Origin: Alphaproteobacteria bacterium
GTDB taxonomy: Bacteria; Pseudomonadota; Alphaproteobacteria; Bin95
Length of the DNA: 64,000 nucleotides
NCBI GenBank assembly: GCA_020638555.1
Contig: JACKII010000003.1
Span: forward strand, 112,610 to 176,609
Direction: 5' to 3'
The notes under the pieces are model-generated. The model was given only the letters and a program-made list of their open reading frames with translations, did not search any database and was not told the origin of the DNA. Below, piece by piece: positions 1-8,870 of this stretch (positions within the stretch are counted from its first letter, which is position 1; each line of letters begins with the position of its first letter). A program made the translations under genes and the position numbers.

Positions 1-210
1 GCCCTGGCCGGCCGGGACTGGCTGGTCGGCGACCGGTTCACCGTGGCCGACCTTAACGTCGCCAGCGTCCTGCATTGGGGACAGATGGCCAGGCTGGACT
101 GGGCACCGCATCAGAATGTGGCCGCCTGGCTCGACCGCTGTTTTGGCCGGCCGGCGTTCAAGAAGGTCGGGCAACTGGCCAAGGCCGACATGGCAAAGAT
201 GAACGGATGA
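1..210 (+). CDS. glutathione S-transferase, C-terminal fragment (5' end lies outside window)
   Basis: Open from window edge in frame 1; translation ALAGRDWLVGDRFTVADLNVASVLHWGQMARLDWAPHQNVAAWLDRCFGRPAF resembles GST C-terminal domain; TGA 208-210 overlaps next ATG (ATGA). Confidence 0.55.
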   Translation, partial: ALAGRDWLVGDRFTVADLNVASVLHWGQMARLDWAPHQNVAAWLDRCFGRPAFKKVGQLAKADMAKMNG

Positions 211-1346
211 GCCGAACCGCCGACATCGTCATCATCGGCGGCGGCATGGCCGGCGCCTCGGCCGGGTATTTCCTGGCCGGCCGAGGTCGGAGGGTCGTGC
301 TGCTGGAGCGCGAGGAGCGGTGTGGCTATCACACCACCGGCCGCTCCGCCGCGCTCTACAGCCAGGCCTACGGCAACCCGGCCATCTGCGCGCTCACAAT
401 CGCCGGCGAGGCGTTCTACGACAACCCGCCGGCAGGCTTTGCCGACCACCCGCTGCTCTCGCCCCGCGGCGCCCTGTTCGTCGGCCGGGCCGACCAGAGC
501 GCGGCGGTGGAAGCCGCGGTGAAGGAAGGCCAGGCGCTGGTGCCGTCGGTGCGCCTGCTGGACGCGGCCGAGGCGCGGGCGATCTCCCCTGCCCTGCGCC
601 CGGACTATGTCGCCTGCGCCGGCTGGGAGCCGAACGCACGCGACATCGACGTGGACGCGCTACACCAGGGCTTCCTGCGCGGTCTGCGCGCGCAGGGGGG
701 CGAGGTGGTGGTCAATGCCGAGGTGCAGGCGCTGGAGCGCTCGGGCGGTCAGTGGCGCGTGCGCACCGGTGCGGGCGAGTTCTCGGCGCCGATCGTTGTG
801 AACGCCGCCGGCGCCTGGGCCGATACCATCGGGCGAATGGCGGGTTGCCGGCCGGTCGGCTGCGTGCCGAAGCGGCGCACGGCGTTTCTGTTCGAACCGC
901 CGGCCTCCATGGACAGCAGAAACTGGCCGCTGACCGTCGACGTGGACGAGCAGTGGTATTTCAAGCCCGACGCCGGCCTGTTGCTGGGCTCCCCCGCCGA
1001 CGAGACGCCGGTGGAGCCGCACGACGCCTATCCGGAGGAGATGGACATCGCGCTGGGCGCCGACCGCATCCAGGCCGCGAGCACGCTGGAAATCCGGGCG
1101 ATCAAGCACAGTTGGGCCGGCCTGCGCAGCTTCGTCGCCGACAAGACGCCGGTCGCGGGCTATGCCCCCGCCCAAGAGGGCTTTTTCTGGCTTTGCGGCC
1201 AGGGCGGCTACGGCATCCAGACCGCGCCGGGGCTCGGCGCCGCGGCGGCGGCCCTGGTCGAGGGCGAGGACCTGCCCGAAGCGGTGCGCGGCCTCGGCCT
1301 GACCGCCGCCGCGCTGGCACCGGAGCGGCTGTTCGCCAAGGGGTGA
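207..1346 (+). CDS. FAD-dependent oxidoreductase (DAO family; DadA/ThiO-like)
   Basis: ATG at 207 in frame with track ORF 75..1346; N-terminal dinucleotide-binding motif IVIIGGGMAGASAGYFL; DAO-family architecture. Confidence 0.8.
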   Translation: MSRTADIVIIGGGMAGASAGYFLAGRGRRVVLLEREERCGYHTTGRSAALYSQAYGNPAICALTIAGEAFYDNPPAGFADHPLLSPRGALFVGRADQSAAVEAAVKEGQALVPSVRLLDAAEARAISPALRPDYVACAGWEPNARDIDVDALHQGFLRGLRAQGGEVVVNAEVQALERSGGQWRVRTGAGEFSAPIVVNAAGAWADTIGRMAGCRPVGCVPKRRTAFLFEPPASMDSRNWPLTVDVDEQWYFKPDAGLLLGSPADETPVEPHDAYPEEMDIALGADRIQAASTLEIRAIKHSWAGLRSFVADKTPVAGYAPAQEGFFWLCGQGGYGIQTAPGLGAAAAALVEGEDLPEAVRGLGLTAAALAPERLFAKG

Positions 1347-1371
1347 GCGCGGGCGCGCACGCCAAGCGAAA

Positions 1372-1500
1372 GCGCCCCCATTCGACCTTTCCCGGAACTG
1401 GCGAAGCCGGTATCCGGGACCTCCGGCCGGGCCACGCTCCAGCGGTTGCGCCCCTCCCCGGCGGGAGATCCCGGCCCTGCGGCCGGGAAAGCGATGAAGA
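1372..1500. repeat. MITE/REP-like intergenic element, copy 1 of a tandem pair
   Basis: About 130 bp unit bounded by inverted ends (ctttcccgg ... ccgggaaag) with internal GC hairpins; near-identical second copy about 165 bp downstream. Confidence 0.6.
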
Positions 1501-1539
1501 GGGGGTAGCGCAAACGCAGACGCAACCTTGCGAACCGCA

Positions 1540-1690
1540 GCTCAAAACCAGCATGACCCCGCCCCATTCGAGCTCTCCCGGAACCGGCGGAGCCGGTATC
1601 CGGGACCTCCGGCCGGGGCACGCTCCAGCGGTTGCGCCCCTCCCCGGCGAGAGATCCCGGCCCTGCGGCCGGGAAAGCGAAGAAAAGGGG
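1540..1690. repeat. MITE/REP-like intergenic element, copy 2
   Basis: Near-identical to 1372-1500 (ccggtatccgggacctccggccggg...cagcggttgcgcccctccccggcg(g/a)gagatcccggccctgcggccgggaaagcg). Confidence 0.6.
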
Positions 1691-1814
1691 AAAGCGACGA
1701 CGGCAGATGGCCGAGACGGAGAACGGCAGCCTTGACTCGCGTGCGGTGTTTCCATCCGGCGGCCGATGCCACTACGCTTGCCGGCAACCGATCCTCCTAT
1801 CTGGAAACGCCCTC

Positions 1815-3386
1815 ATGTCCCCAACGCCCCCGACCGCGCGCGACCGCGCCGCCGGCATCGCCGCCGCCAAGGCCACCACCCTCGACAAGCAGCGCCCGGA
1901 GGCGATGGCGAAACGCACGCGCGACGGCAAGCTCTCCGCCCGGCAGCGGATCGACGGCCTGCTGGACGCCGGCAGCTTTCTGGAGACCGGCGGCCTCGCC
2001 GCGCCGCATCACGACAACCCCTGGAACCAGGGGCTGACGGCACCGGCGGACGGCATTGTCACTGGCGCGGGCCGGGTCGGCGGGCGGCCGGTCGTGGTTG
2101 TCGCCCACGATTTCACGGTGCATGGCGGCTCGGTCGGCGTGGCCGGCAGTGCCAAGAACAACCGCGCCATCGAGCGCGCGACCGAGGCCGGCCTGCCGCT
2201 GGTCATGCTGGTCGAAGGCGGCGGCCATCGCATCCAGGACGGTCAGAACTCCCGCCATTTCGCGGCCGGCAGCCGGGTATTTCACCTGCTGGGCATGAAT
2301 TCCGGCTGGACGCCGATGGCGGTGGCCGTGATGGGCGCGGGCTTTGCCGGCCCCTCCAACTATGCGAGCCTTGCCGATTTCGTCGTCATGGTGCGCGGCG
2401 GCTCGCAGATGGGCATGGCCGGGCCGGCCCTGGTCAAGGCCGGCATCGGCGAGACCATCGACAAGGAGGCGCTGGGCGGCGCCAAGCTCCAGGCCGACAA
2501 GTACGGCATTGCCGACCTGGCGGTGGAAACGGAAGCCGAAGTGCTGGACGCGGTGCGCCGCTTCCTCTCCTACCTGCCGTCGAACTCCGCCGAGCCGCCG
2601 CCGCTGGCCGAAGCGGTCGAACCGCCGAACGCGCCGGACGCGCTCTACGACCTGGTACCGGCGGACCAGCGCCAGACCTATGACGTGCGCAAGGTCATCG
2701 ACGGCCTGGTCGACGGCGGCAGCCGTTTCGAACTGAAGCCGACCTATGCGCGCAACATCGTCACTGGCTTCGCGCGGCTGGCAGGCCGGCCGGTGGCGAT
2801 CGTGGCGAACAATCCGCGCCATCTGGGCGGCATGCTCGATGCCAAGGCCTGCGAGAAGGCGGCGCGCTTCGTGGCGCTGGCCGATGCCTATGGCCTGCCG
2901 CTCATCACCCTGATCGACATTCCGGGCTTCGCCATCGGCTCGGCGGCGGAAGCGACGGGAATGGCCCGGCGCAGCGGCCGGCTGCTGTTCGAGATGGCGC
3001 ATGTGACGGTGCCGCGCCTGTCGCTGTCGCTGCGCAAGGGCTATGGCGCCGGCTATATCGCCATGGGCGGCGGCCGCAGCTTCGACGCCGACTACGCCTT
3101 CGCCTGGCCGACGGCGGAAATCTGCGCCATGTCGGTGGAAGGCGCGGTGGATGTCGCCTTCCGCCGCGACTACGAGACCGCGCCGGACCCGATGGCGCGG
3201 CGGCAGGAACTGATCGACGAGACCCGCGCCCGCATCGGCGCCCGCCACGCCGCCGAGGGGTTCGGCATCGACGACATCATCGACCCGGCGGAAACGCGGG
3301 AGGTGTTCATCCGCGCGCTGGCCTCCCTGCCGGCCCGGCGGCCGTTCAAGGGGCCGCCGAAACGCCGGTCGATCTCGCCGATCTGA
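1815..3386 (+). CDS. acyl-CoA carboxylase carboxyltransferase subunit (PccB/AccD-like)
   Basis: ATG 1815 in frame with track ORF 1632..3386; carboxyl-transferase domain hallmarks (GGARIQDG-like GGGHRIQDG, PLITLIDIPGF, two CT half-domains). Confidence 0.85.
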   Translation: MSPTPPTARDRAAGIAAAKATTLDKQRPEAMAKRTRDGKLSARQRIDGLLDAGSFLETGGLAAPHHDNPWNQGLTAPADGIVTGAGRVGGRPVVVVAHDFTVHGGSVGVAGSAKNNRAIERATEAGLPLVMLVEGGGHRIQDGQNSRHFAAGSRVFHLLGMNSGWTPMAVAVMGAGFAGPSNYASLADFVVMVRGGSQMGMAGPALVKAGIGETIDKEALGGAKLQADKYGIADLAVETEAEVLDAVRRFLSYLPSNSAEPPPLAEAVEPPNAPDALYDLVPADQRQTYDVRKVIDGLVDGGSRFELKPTYARNIVTGFARLAGRPVAIVANNPRHLGGMLDAKACEKAARFVALADAYGLPLITLIDIPGFAIGSAAEATGMARRSGRLLFEMAHVTVPRLSLSLRKGYGAGYIAMGGGRSFDADYAFAWPTAEICAMSVEGAVDVAFRRDYETAPDPMARRQELIDETRARIGARHAAEGFGIDDIIDPAETREVFIRALASLPARRPFKGPPKRRSISPI

Positions 3387-3404
3387 GGAGGTGCGGGTTT
3401 TCGT

Positions 3405-3515
3405 CCAATCGCCATTGCGAGCCGCAGGCGAAGCAATCCAGCCAGGCGGCAGAGCGAAAGGCGGCGTTGCCTGGATTGCTTCGTTGCCCTACGGGCGCCT
3501 CGCAATGACGCCGTC
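3405..3515. repeat. palindromic intergenic repeat, family B copy 1
   Basis: Long imperfect palindrome cgccattgcgagccgcaggcgaagcaatccag...cctggattgcttcg...cgcctcgcaatgacg between convergent genes; a second copy at 48880-48980. Confidence 0.55.
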
Positions 3516-3568
3516 GTGGAAGGCAGCGCCTCGCAAGGATGCCGGTCGGCGGGGCAGTCGAAGGCCCC

Positions 3569-4507
3569 TCAGAGCTTCGGCACGATGGCGTCGGCGAAGC
3601 GGTCCATCTGCTCCATCTGTGCGGCGGCGCTGTCGCCGCGATAGCGGACGATGATCTTCTGGAAGCCGGCATCCAGGATGGCTTTCAGGTCGTCGACGAT
3701 CTGGGCCTCGGAGCCGCTGCCCATGTCGCGCGTGCCGAATGGGCCGACCTTCGGCTCGCCGGGGGCGATGAAGATTTTGTAGACCCGTTGCAGATCGTCG
3801 AAACGCCGCCCCTGCTCCGCGCAGATGCGCTGCAACGCCGCCAGCCGCTCCGGCATTTCGTTGCGGCCGAGGGCGACGGCGAGCCAGCCGTCATTGCGGG
3901 CGACCCGGCGCAGCGCCGGGTTGGAGACGCCGCCGATCAGCACCGGCGGATGCGGTCGCTGCACCGAGCCCGGCACCGAATGCACCGGCGGGAAGCGGTA
4001 GGTCTCGCCCTCATAGGCAACGGCGCCGCCGGCACTCATGGCCTTGAAGATTTCCAGATACTCGTCCGTCGCCTTGCCGCGCAGTGCGAAGTCGGCGGTA
4101 TCCAGCACCTCGAACTCCTCGCGCAGCCAGCCGACGCCGGCGCCCAGGATCACCCGGCCGCCGGAGAACTGGTCGATGGTGATGAGCATGCGCGCCAGCA
4201 GCACCGGGTTGCGATACGGAATGATGAGGACCGCCGTGCCGATCTTCACGCGGCTGGTCGCGCCCGCCAGCACGCCCATGGCCGCGATCGGCTCCAGCAA
4301 CGGGTCGGCGGTGGGGGCGGGAAAGCGGCCGTCGGCGCTGAACGGGTATTGCGAGGCGAACGCCGTCGGGAACACCACATGGTCGGCGAGCCAGATCGAC
4401 TCGAATCCGGCGCTCTCGGCGAATTGCGCGAGCGTGGTGATGGTCTCCGGCTGGGCGAGCGGCCCGTAAATGCCGACATCGAGGCCGAACTGCTCCAGGC
4501 TGGCCAT
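3569..4507 (-). CDS. LLM-class flavin-dependent oxidoreductase (luciferase-like monooxygenase family)
   Basis: 312-aa ORF; luciferase-like TIM-barrel family features (SIWLADHV, GGRVILGAGVGW). Confidence 0.8.
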   Translation of the reverse strand: MASLEQFGLDVGIYGPLAQPETITTLAQFAESAGFESIWLADHVVFPTAFASQYPFSADGRFPAPTADPLLEPIAAMGVLAGATSRVKIGTAVLIIPYRNPVLLARMLITIDQFSGGRVILGAGVGWLREEFEVLDTADFALRGKATDEYLEIFKAMSAGGAVAYEGETYRFPPVHSVPGSVQRPHPPVLIGGVSNPALRRVARNDGWLAVALGRNEMPERLAALQRICAEQGRRFDDLQRVYKIFIAPGEPKVGPFGTRDMGSGSEAQIVDDLKAILDAGFQKIIVRYRGDSAAAQMEQMDRFADAIVPKL

Positions 4508-4565
4508 GGGCGGTTTCCTTCCGTTGGTTGGTGGGCGACGCCGGTCAGCGCCCCTTCTCTAGCCC

Positions 4566-4660
4566 GCTTCATCCCGAGTGGCGCCGCAGGCGCGTATCGA
4601 GGGACACGCAGGCGCCCGCCCCTCGATACGGCGCGTTGCGCCCACTCGGGGTGAAACGAG
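4566..4660. repeat. palindromic REP-like repeat, family C copy 1
   Basis: cttcatcccgagtggcgccgcaggcgcgtatcgaggg ... cccctcgatacggcgcgttgcgcccactcggggtgaaac forms an about 95-bp imperfect palindrome; half-copy at 8270-8312. Confidence 0.55.
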
Positions 4661-4690
4661 AGGCGGGCGACCGAAGGGCCCGCGTCGGCC

Positions 4691-5266
4691 TTACACCGTG
4701 TAGTCGATGATCCTGACATCGCCGGCGGCCAAGTCCAGCACCGCGCACGACAATTGGCGGCCGTTGCGGGTGTCGCGGGCGTCGCCGGCGGAGCCGGGGT
4801 TGACCACCAGCACGTCGCCGAAACGCTCCGCCACCTGCTGGTGGGTGTGGCCGTAGAGGACGATGTCAGCACCGGCCTCGCCGAAGCGCCGCAGGTCGCG
4901 GGAGCCGGGCAGGACATAGTCGCCATAGGGCTCCCACGGCGTCGAATGTACCATGAGGATGCGCTGGCCGCAGCGCTCCAACTCCATCCGGTAGGGCTGC
5001 GCTTCCAGCCAGGCCACCAGATCCTGGTCGACCCAGGCCGCGGCCCGCGCCCGCTCGCCCTGGGGGCCGAGAAACCCCCATTCGTGGTTGCCGAGAATGG
5101 TCGGAATCTCGTGCTCGCGCAGCCAGCCGATCACCTCGTTGGAAAAGCGATAGTCGTAGATGCTGTCGCCGAGGCACAACAACTCGTCCACCGCGCCCAT
5201 CAGGTCGACGGCCTTTTGCAGCCCCGCCATATTGCCGTGGATGTCGGAGACAATGCCGATTTTCAC
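4691..5266 (-). CDS. metallophosphoesterase (YfcE-like phosphodiesterase)
   Basis: GTG start at 5266 (VKIGIVSDIHGN), 191 aa; motifs DIHG, GD, GNHE, GHTH; stop 4 nt from purD stop side. Confidence 0.8.
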   Translation of the reverse strand: MKIGIVSDIHGNMAGLQKAVDLMGAVDELLCLGDSIYDYRFSNEVIGWLREHEIPTILGNHEWGFLGPQGERARAAAWVDQDLVAWLEAQPYRMELERCGQRILMVHSTPWEPYGDYVLPGSRDLRRFGEAGADIVLYGHTHQQVAERFGDVLVVNPGSAGDARDTRNGRQLSCAVLDLAAGDVRIIDYTV

Positions 5267-6582
5267 CCGGCCTTCTCCGGGGTGTCGGCCTCCGGGGTGC
5301 CGGCCTCCGGGGTGCCGGTCTCGCGGCCGGCGATGTCGCGGCGGCAGAACCCGTCCGGCCAGTCGATCCGGTCGATGGCGCTGTAGGCGCGGGCGGCCGC
5401 CTCTGGGATCGAGGGCCCGAGGCCGGTCACGCCCAGCACCCGGCCGCCGGTCGCCAGCACCCGGCCCTCGTCCATGGCCGTGCCGGCGTGGAAGACGATC
5501 ACGTCCCACACCTCCGACAGAATGCCGAGGCCGCGGATTTCCGTGCCCTTCCGATAGGCGCCGGGATAGCCGTTCGCGGCCATGACCACGCACACCGCGG
5601 CCTCGTCGTACCAGCGCAGGTCGAACTGGTCGAGCACACCGTCGCGGGCGGCGAACATGGCCGGGATCAGGTCCGATTGCAGGCGCGGCAGCAGCACCTG
5701 CGCCTCCGGATCGCCCAGGCGGCAGTTGAACTCGATCACCTTCGGCCCGTCGGCGGTCAGCATCAGGCCGGCATAGAGCACACCCTTATACGGGGCGCCT
5801 TCCTTGGCCATCCCCTCCACCACCGGGTTGATGATCTCGCGCATGACGCGCTCGCTCATGGCCTCGTCGACCATGGGGGCGGGAGAATAGGCGCCCATGC
5901 CGCCGGTGTTCGGCCCGGTGTCGCCGTCGCCGACCCGCTTGTGGTCGCGGGCGGTGCCGAAGGGCACGGCGGTCGTGCCGTCCACCAGGGCAAAGAAGCT
6001 GGCCTCCTCGCCTTCCATGAACTCCTCGACCACCACTTCCTGGCCGGCGGTGCCGAACTCGCCCTTGATCATGGCGAGGTCGATGGCGGCCACCGCCTCG
6101 GCCCGGGTTTCCGGCAGCAGCACGCCCTTGCCGGCGGCCAGCCCGTCGGCCTTGACGACGACACGGCCCGGCTGCTGCGCCACATAGGCCTTGGCCATGA
6201 CGGGATCGCGGAAGCGGCGGTATTTGGCGGTCGGCACGCCGTATTTGGCGCAAAGGTCTTTCATGAAGCCCTTGGAGCCCTCGATCTGCGCCGCGGCGGC
6301 GCTGGGGCCGAACGCCTTGACGCCGGCGGCCTCCAGCCGGTCCACCAGGCCGGCGCAGAGCGGCGCTTCCGGGCCGACCACGACCAGATCGACGGCGTTG
6401 GCCTTGGCAAAGGCGAGAATGCCGTCCAGGTCGTCGGCGGCCAGGTCCGGCAGGCAGCTAGCCTCGCGGGCGATGCCGGCATTGCCGGGGGCGCACCAGA
6501 GCCCATCGCAGAGGGGAGAGGCCGCGATGGCCCAGCAAAGCGCGTGCTCGCGGCCGCCGCTGCCGATCACTAGAAACTTCAC
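5263..6582 (-). CDS. purD: phosphoribosylamine--glycine ligase
   Basis: 439-aa segment from GTG (VKFLVIGSGGREHAL) of track ORF 5263..8088; ATP-grasp PurD motifs (GGREHAL, GPNTGGMGAYSP); upstream part of the 941-aa track ORF is non-coding read-through. Confidence 0.9.
   Translation of the reverse strand: MKFLVIGSGGREHALCWAIAASPLCDGLWCAPGNAGIAREASCLPDLAADDLDGILAFAKANAVDLVVVGPEAPLCAGLVDRLEAAGVKAFGPSAAAAQIEGSKGFMKDLCAKYGVPTAKYRRFRDPVMAKAYVAQQPGRVVVKADGLAAGKGVLLPETRAEAVAAIDLAMIKGEFGTAGQEVVVEEFMEGEEASFFALVDGTTAVPFGTARDHKRVGDGDTGPNTGGMGAYSPAPMVDEAMSERVMREIINPVVEGMAKEGAPYKGVLYAGLMLTADGPKVIEFNCRLGDPEAQVLLPRLQSDLIPAMFAARDGVLDQFDLRWYDEAAVCVVMAANGYPGAYRKGTEIRGLGILSEVWDVIVFHAGTAMDEGRVLATGGRVLGVTGLGPSIPEAAARAYSAIDRIDWPDGFCRRDIAGRETGTPEAGTPEADTPEKAG
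5276..5322. repeat. in-frame 15-bp tandem repeat (x3) in purD 3' end
   Basis: tccggggtg(c/t)cggcc x3 encodes C-terminal TPEAG/TPEAD repeats of PurD. Confidence 0.6.
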
Positions 6583-6642
6583 GCCGGAATTCTCCGCTTG
6601 GCATCTGTCACAATCGAGGCGGGTCTTGTAGCATCCGCCGCG

Positions 6643-8223
6643 ATGACGACCAACCATACACCACCGCCCGCTGAACCGGGCCTCGACTTTTCGGCACCCT
6701 CCCGGCCGCCGGAGCCCCCTGCTGCGCCCTCGAACCAGCCGGAATTCTCGGTTGGGGAGCTGGCGCGGGCCATTCGCGGCCTGCTGGAGGGCGAGTTCGG
6801 CCGTGTGCGCGTGCGCGGCGAGATCACCGGCTTCAAACGCGCCGGCTCCGGCCATCTGTATTTCCGGCTGAAAGACGAAGACGCCGTGCTGGACGCGGTC
6901 TGCTGGCGCGGTGCGGCCGGCCGGCTGGGCGTGGCGCCGCAAGACGGGCTGGAGGTGATCGCCACCGGCAAGATCACCGGCTATCCCGGCCGCTCCACCT
7001 ACCAGATCGTGGTGGAGCAGATGGAGTTGGCGGGCGAAGGCGCGCTGCTGAAACTGCTGGAGGACCGGCGCCGGGCGCTGGCGGCGGAAGGCCTGTTCGC
7101 GGCCGAGCGCAAACGGCCCCTGCCCTTCCTGCCCGGCGTGATCGGCGTCGTCACCTCGCCCACCGGCGCGGTGATTCGCGACATCCTGCACCGGCTGCGC
7201 GACCGCTTCCCGCGCCGGGTGCTGCTCTGGCCGGTGGCGGTGCAGGGCGAGGCGGCGGCGGCGCAGGTGGCGGCGGCGATCCGCGGCTTCAACGCGCTCG
7301 CGCCCGGCGACGCGGCGCTGCCACGGCCGGACGTGCTGATCGTGGCGCGCGGCGGCGGCTCGCTGGAGGACCTCTGGGCCTTCAACGAGGAAATCGTCGT
7401 GCGCGCGGCCGCGGATTCGGCGATCCCGCTGATTTCCGCCGTCGGGCACGAGACCGACACGACGCTGATCGACCACGCCGCCGACCGGCGCGCCCCCACC
7501 CCCACCGCCGCCGCCGAGCACGCGGTGCCGGTGCTGAGCGACCTGCTGTTGCGGATCGGCGACCTCGACCGCCGCCTGACCGGCAGCGCGCTGCGGGGGC
7601 TGGAGGAGCGCGGCCTGCGGCTGCAAGGCGCGGCCCGCGGCCTGCCGGCGCCGGGCGATCTGGTGGAACAGGCGGCGCAACGGGTCGACGACCAGGCGGA
7701 GCGCCTGGCGCTGGCGTTGCGCGGACAGTTGGTCGGGGCGGCGCAGACGCTCCGCGCCACGGCGGCCCGGCTGCGGCATCCGCGGGAAATCCTGGCGCTG
7801 CACGCCCAGTCGCTGACAGCGCAGGGCCGGGCGCTGGACCGGGCGGCGGAACAGGCGGTGCGCGGCGCGGACCATGCCCTGGCGCGCGTCGACGCCGCCC
7901 GGCGGCTGCCGCGGGCGACCGCCCGCGCGCTGGACGATGCGGAGCGGCGGCTGGTCCATGCGGGCGCGCTGCTGGAGTCCTATTCCTACGAGCGGGTGCT
8001 GGACCGGGGCTTCGTGCTGGTGCGCGGACCGGAGGGTCCGATCACCGACGCCGCCGACGCGACGCCCGGCCTCGCCGTGACGCTGCAATTCCGCGAGAAC
8101 CAGACACGCGCGGCGGTGATCCAGGGCGACGCGCCCACCGCCGAGCCGGAGCCGAAACCGGCCAAACGCAAGTCAAAGCGACCGCCCCAGCCGGGAGACA
8201 CCCGCCAGGGCAATCTGCTCTGA
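6643..8223 (+). CDS. xseA: exodeoxyribonuclease VII large subunit
   Basis: ATG at 6643 (MTTNHTPP) within track ORF 6598..8223 (TTG at 6598 alternative); OB-fold N-terminus plus long coiled-coil C-terminus typical of XseA; divergent from purD. Confidence 0.9.
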   Translation: MTTNHTPPPAEPGLDFSAPSRPPEPPAAPSNQPEFSVGELARAIRGLLEGEFGRVRVRGEITGFKRAGSGHLYFRLKDEDAVLDAVCWRGAAGRLGVAPQDGLEVIATGKITGYPGRSTYQIVVEQMELAGEGALLKLLEDRRRALAAEGLFAAERKRPLPFLPGVIGVVTSPTGAVIRDILHRLRDRFPRRVLLWPVAVQGEAAAAQVAAAIRGFNALAPGDAALPRPDVLIVARGGGSLEDLWAFNEEIVVRAAADSAIPLISAVGHETDTTLIDHAADRRAPTPTAAAEHAVPVLSDLLLRIGDLDRRLTGSALRGLEERGLRLQGAARGLPAPGDLVEQAAQRVDDQAERLALALRGQLVGAAQTLRATAARLRHPREILALHAQSLTAQGRALDRAAEQAVRGADHALARVDAARRLPRATARALDDAERRLVHAGALLESYSYERVLDRGFVLVRGPEGPITDAADATPGLAVTLQFRENQTRAAVIQGDAPTAEPEPKPAKRKSKRPPQPGDTRQGNLL

Positions 8224-8269
8224 GACCGAGACCGGGTGGCTGCGCCCCACACCCCTGCCCCACCCATCG

Positions 8270-8312
8270 CCGCCACCCTCGATACGGCGTTATGCGCCTA
8301 CTCGGGATGAAA
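8270..8312. repeat. family C repeat, half-copy
   Basis: ccaccctcgatacggcgttatgcgcctactcgggatgaaagg matches right arm of 4566-4660 element. Confidence 0.45.
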
Positions 8313-8378
8313 GGTCAGGGGGAAGGCGTCCTGCGGTGAAGCGGGCGGTGGGTGCGGAGCTTGCACGACCGCCGAGGA

Positions 8379-8870
8379 TCAGCGCGGTACGCGCTGCATG
8401 AAGTAGCGGCGGAGATTGATGCCCTCGGGAAGCGGCAGGCTTTCCCAACCTTCGCCGTCGATCGGCTGGTCGGAGACGATGACGGCGCCCGGCGCCGTCA
8501 GCGTCGCCAGCGTCTCCGCCAGGAACTGCGCCATGGCGGCGATACTGGCGGCACCGCCCTGGCCGAAATCGGCGTGCACCAGCGCCGCCTTCGCGCCGAT
8601 GCGCGCGGCCGCGGTCGGCAGCGTCTCGCGGAAATCGCCGAGGAACAGGTCATCGTCCGGCGGGATGCAGGAGGGGTGGGCCTGCACCAGCCGCTCGAAC
8701 ACGAAAATGCGCCGGTCGGGCAGGATCTCGCGCAGATGGTCGTAGGTGCGTCCGTTGCCAAGGCCGAGTTCCAGCACCGGGCCGGGAACATCCGCAATCA
8801 GCGCCGCGGCCCGGTCGAGACAGGCGCGCTGGGCTTGCATGCGGCGGATAAAGCTGTCGAGCCGGCTCAT
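8379..8870 (-). CDS. putative class I SAM-dependent methyltransferase (TylF/CmcI-like)
   Basis: 163 aa; glycine-rich VLELGLGNGRTYDHL motif resembling SAM-binding motif I; start overlaps upstream gene stop (ATGA). Confidence 0.5.
   Translation of the reverse strand: MSRLDSFIRRMQAQRACLDRAAALIADVPGPVLELGLGNGRTYDHLREILPDRRIFVFERLVQAHPSCIPPDDDLFLGDFRETLPTAAARIGAKAALVHADFGQGGAASIAAMAQFLAETLATLTAPGAVIVSDQPIDGEGWESLPLPEGINLRRYFMQRVPR

Noticed and set aside
1372-1690. CRISPR array
   Set aside because: Only two repeat copies, about 130 bp long with internal palindromes and an about 40-bp spacer-less arrangement; no cas genes; repeats at 55714-55803 and 57880-57950 are too short and degenerate and lack unique spacers.
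320-1735. 471-aa ORF overlapping the FAD oxidoreductase in another frame
   Set aside because: Arg/Pro/Gly-rich low-complexity translation typical of off-frame reading in GC-rich DNA; the overlapping frame has clear FAD-oxidoreductase motifs.
1797-3248. 483-aa antisense ORF opposite the carboxyltransferase gene
   Set aside because: No protein-like motifs; antisense to a confidently identified gene; spurious long ORF expected at this GC content. The same holds for 12164..13408, 13326..14267, 14658..15761, 16177..17832, 18622..20850, 20916..22634, 23139..24593, 24925..26646, 27390..29243, 29303..31753, 32499..34679, 43611..45200, 46987..48798, 49040..50701, 55057..57549, 55830..59684, 59729..62011 and 61806..63566.
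6583-8088. Upstream 500 codons of the 941-aa track ORF 5263..8088 as part of purD
   Set aside because: PurD homology begins at the GTG at 6582. The upstream portion is antisense to xseA and compositionally junk.
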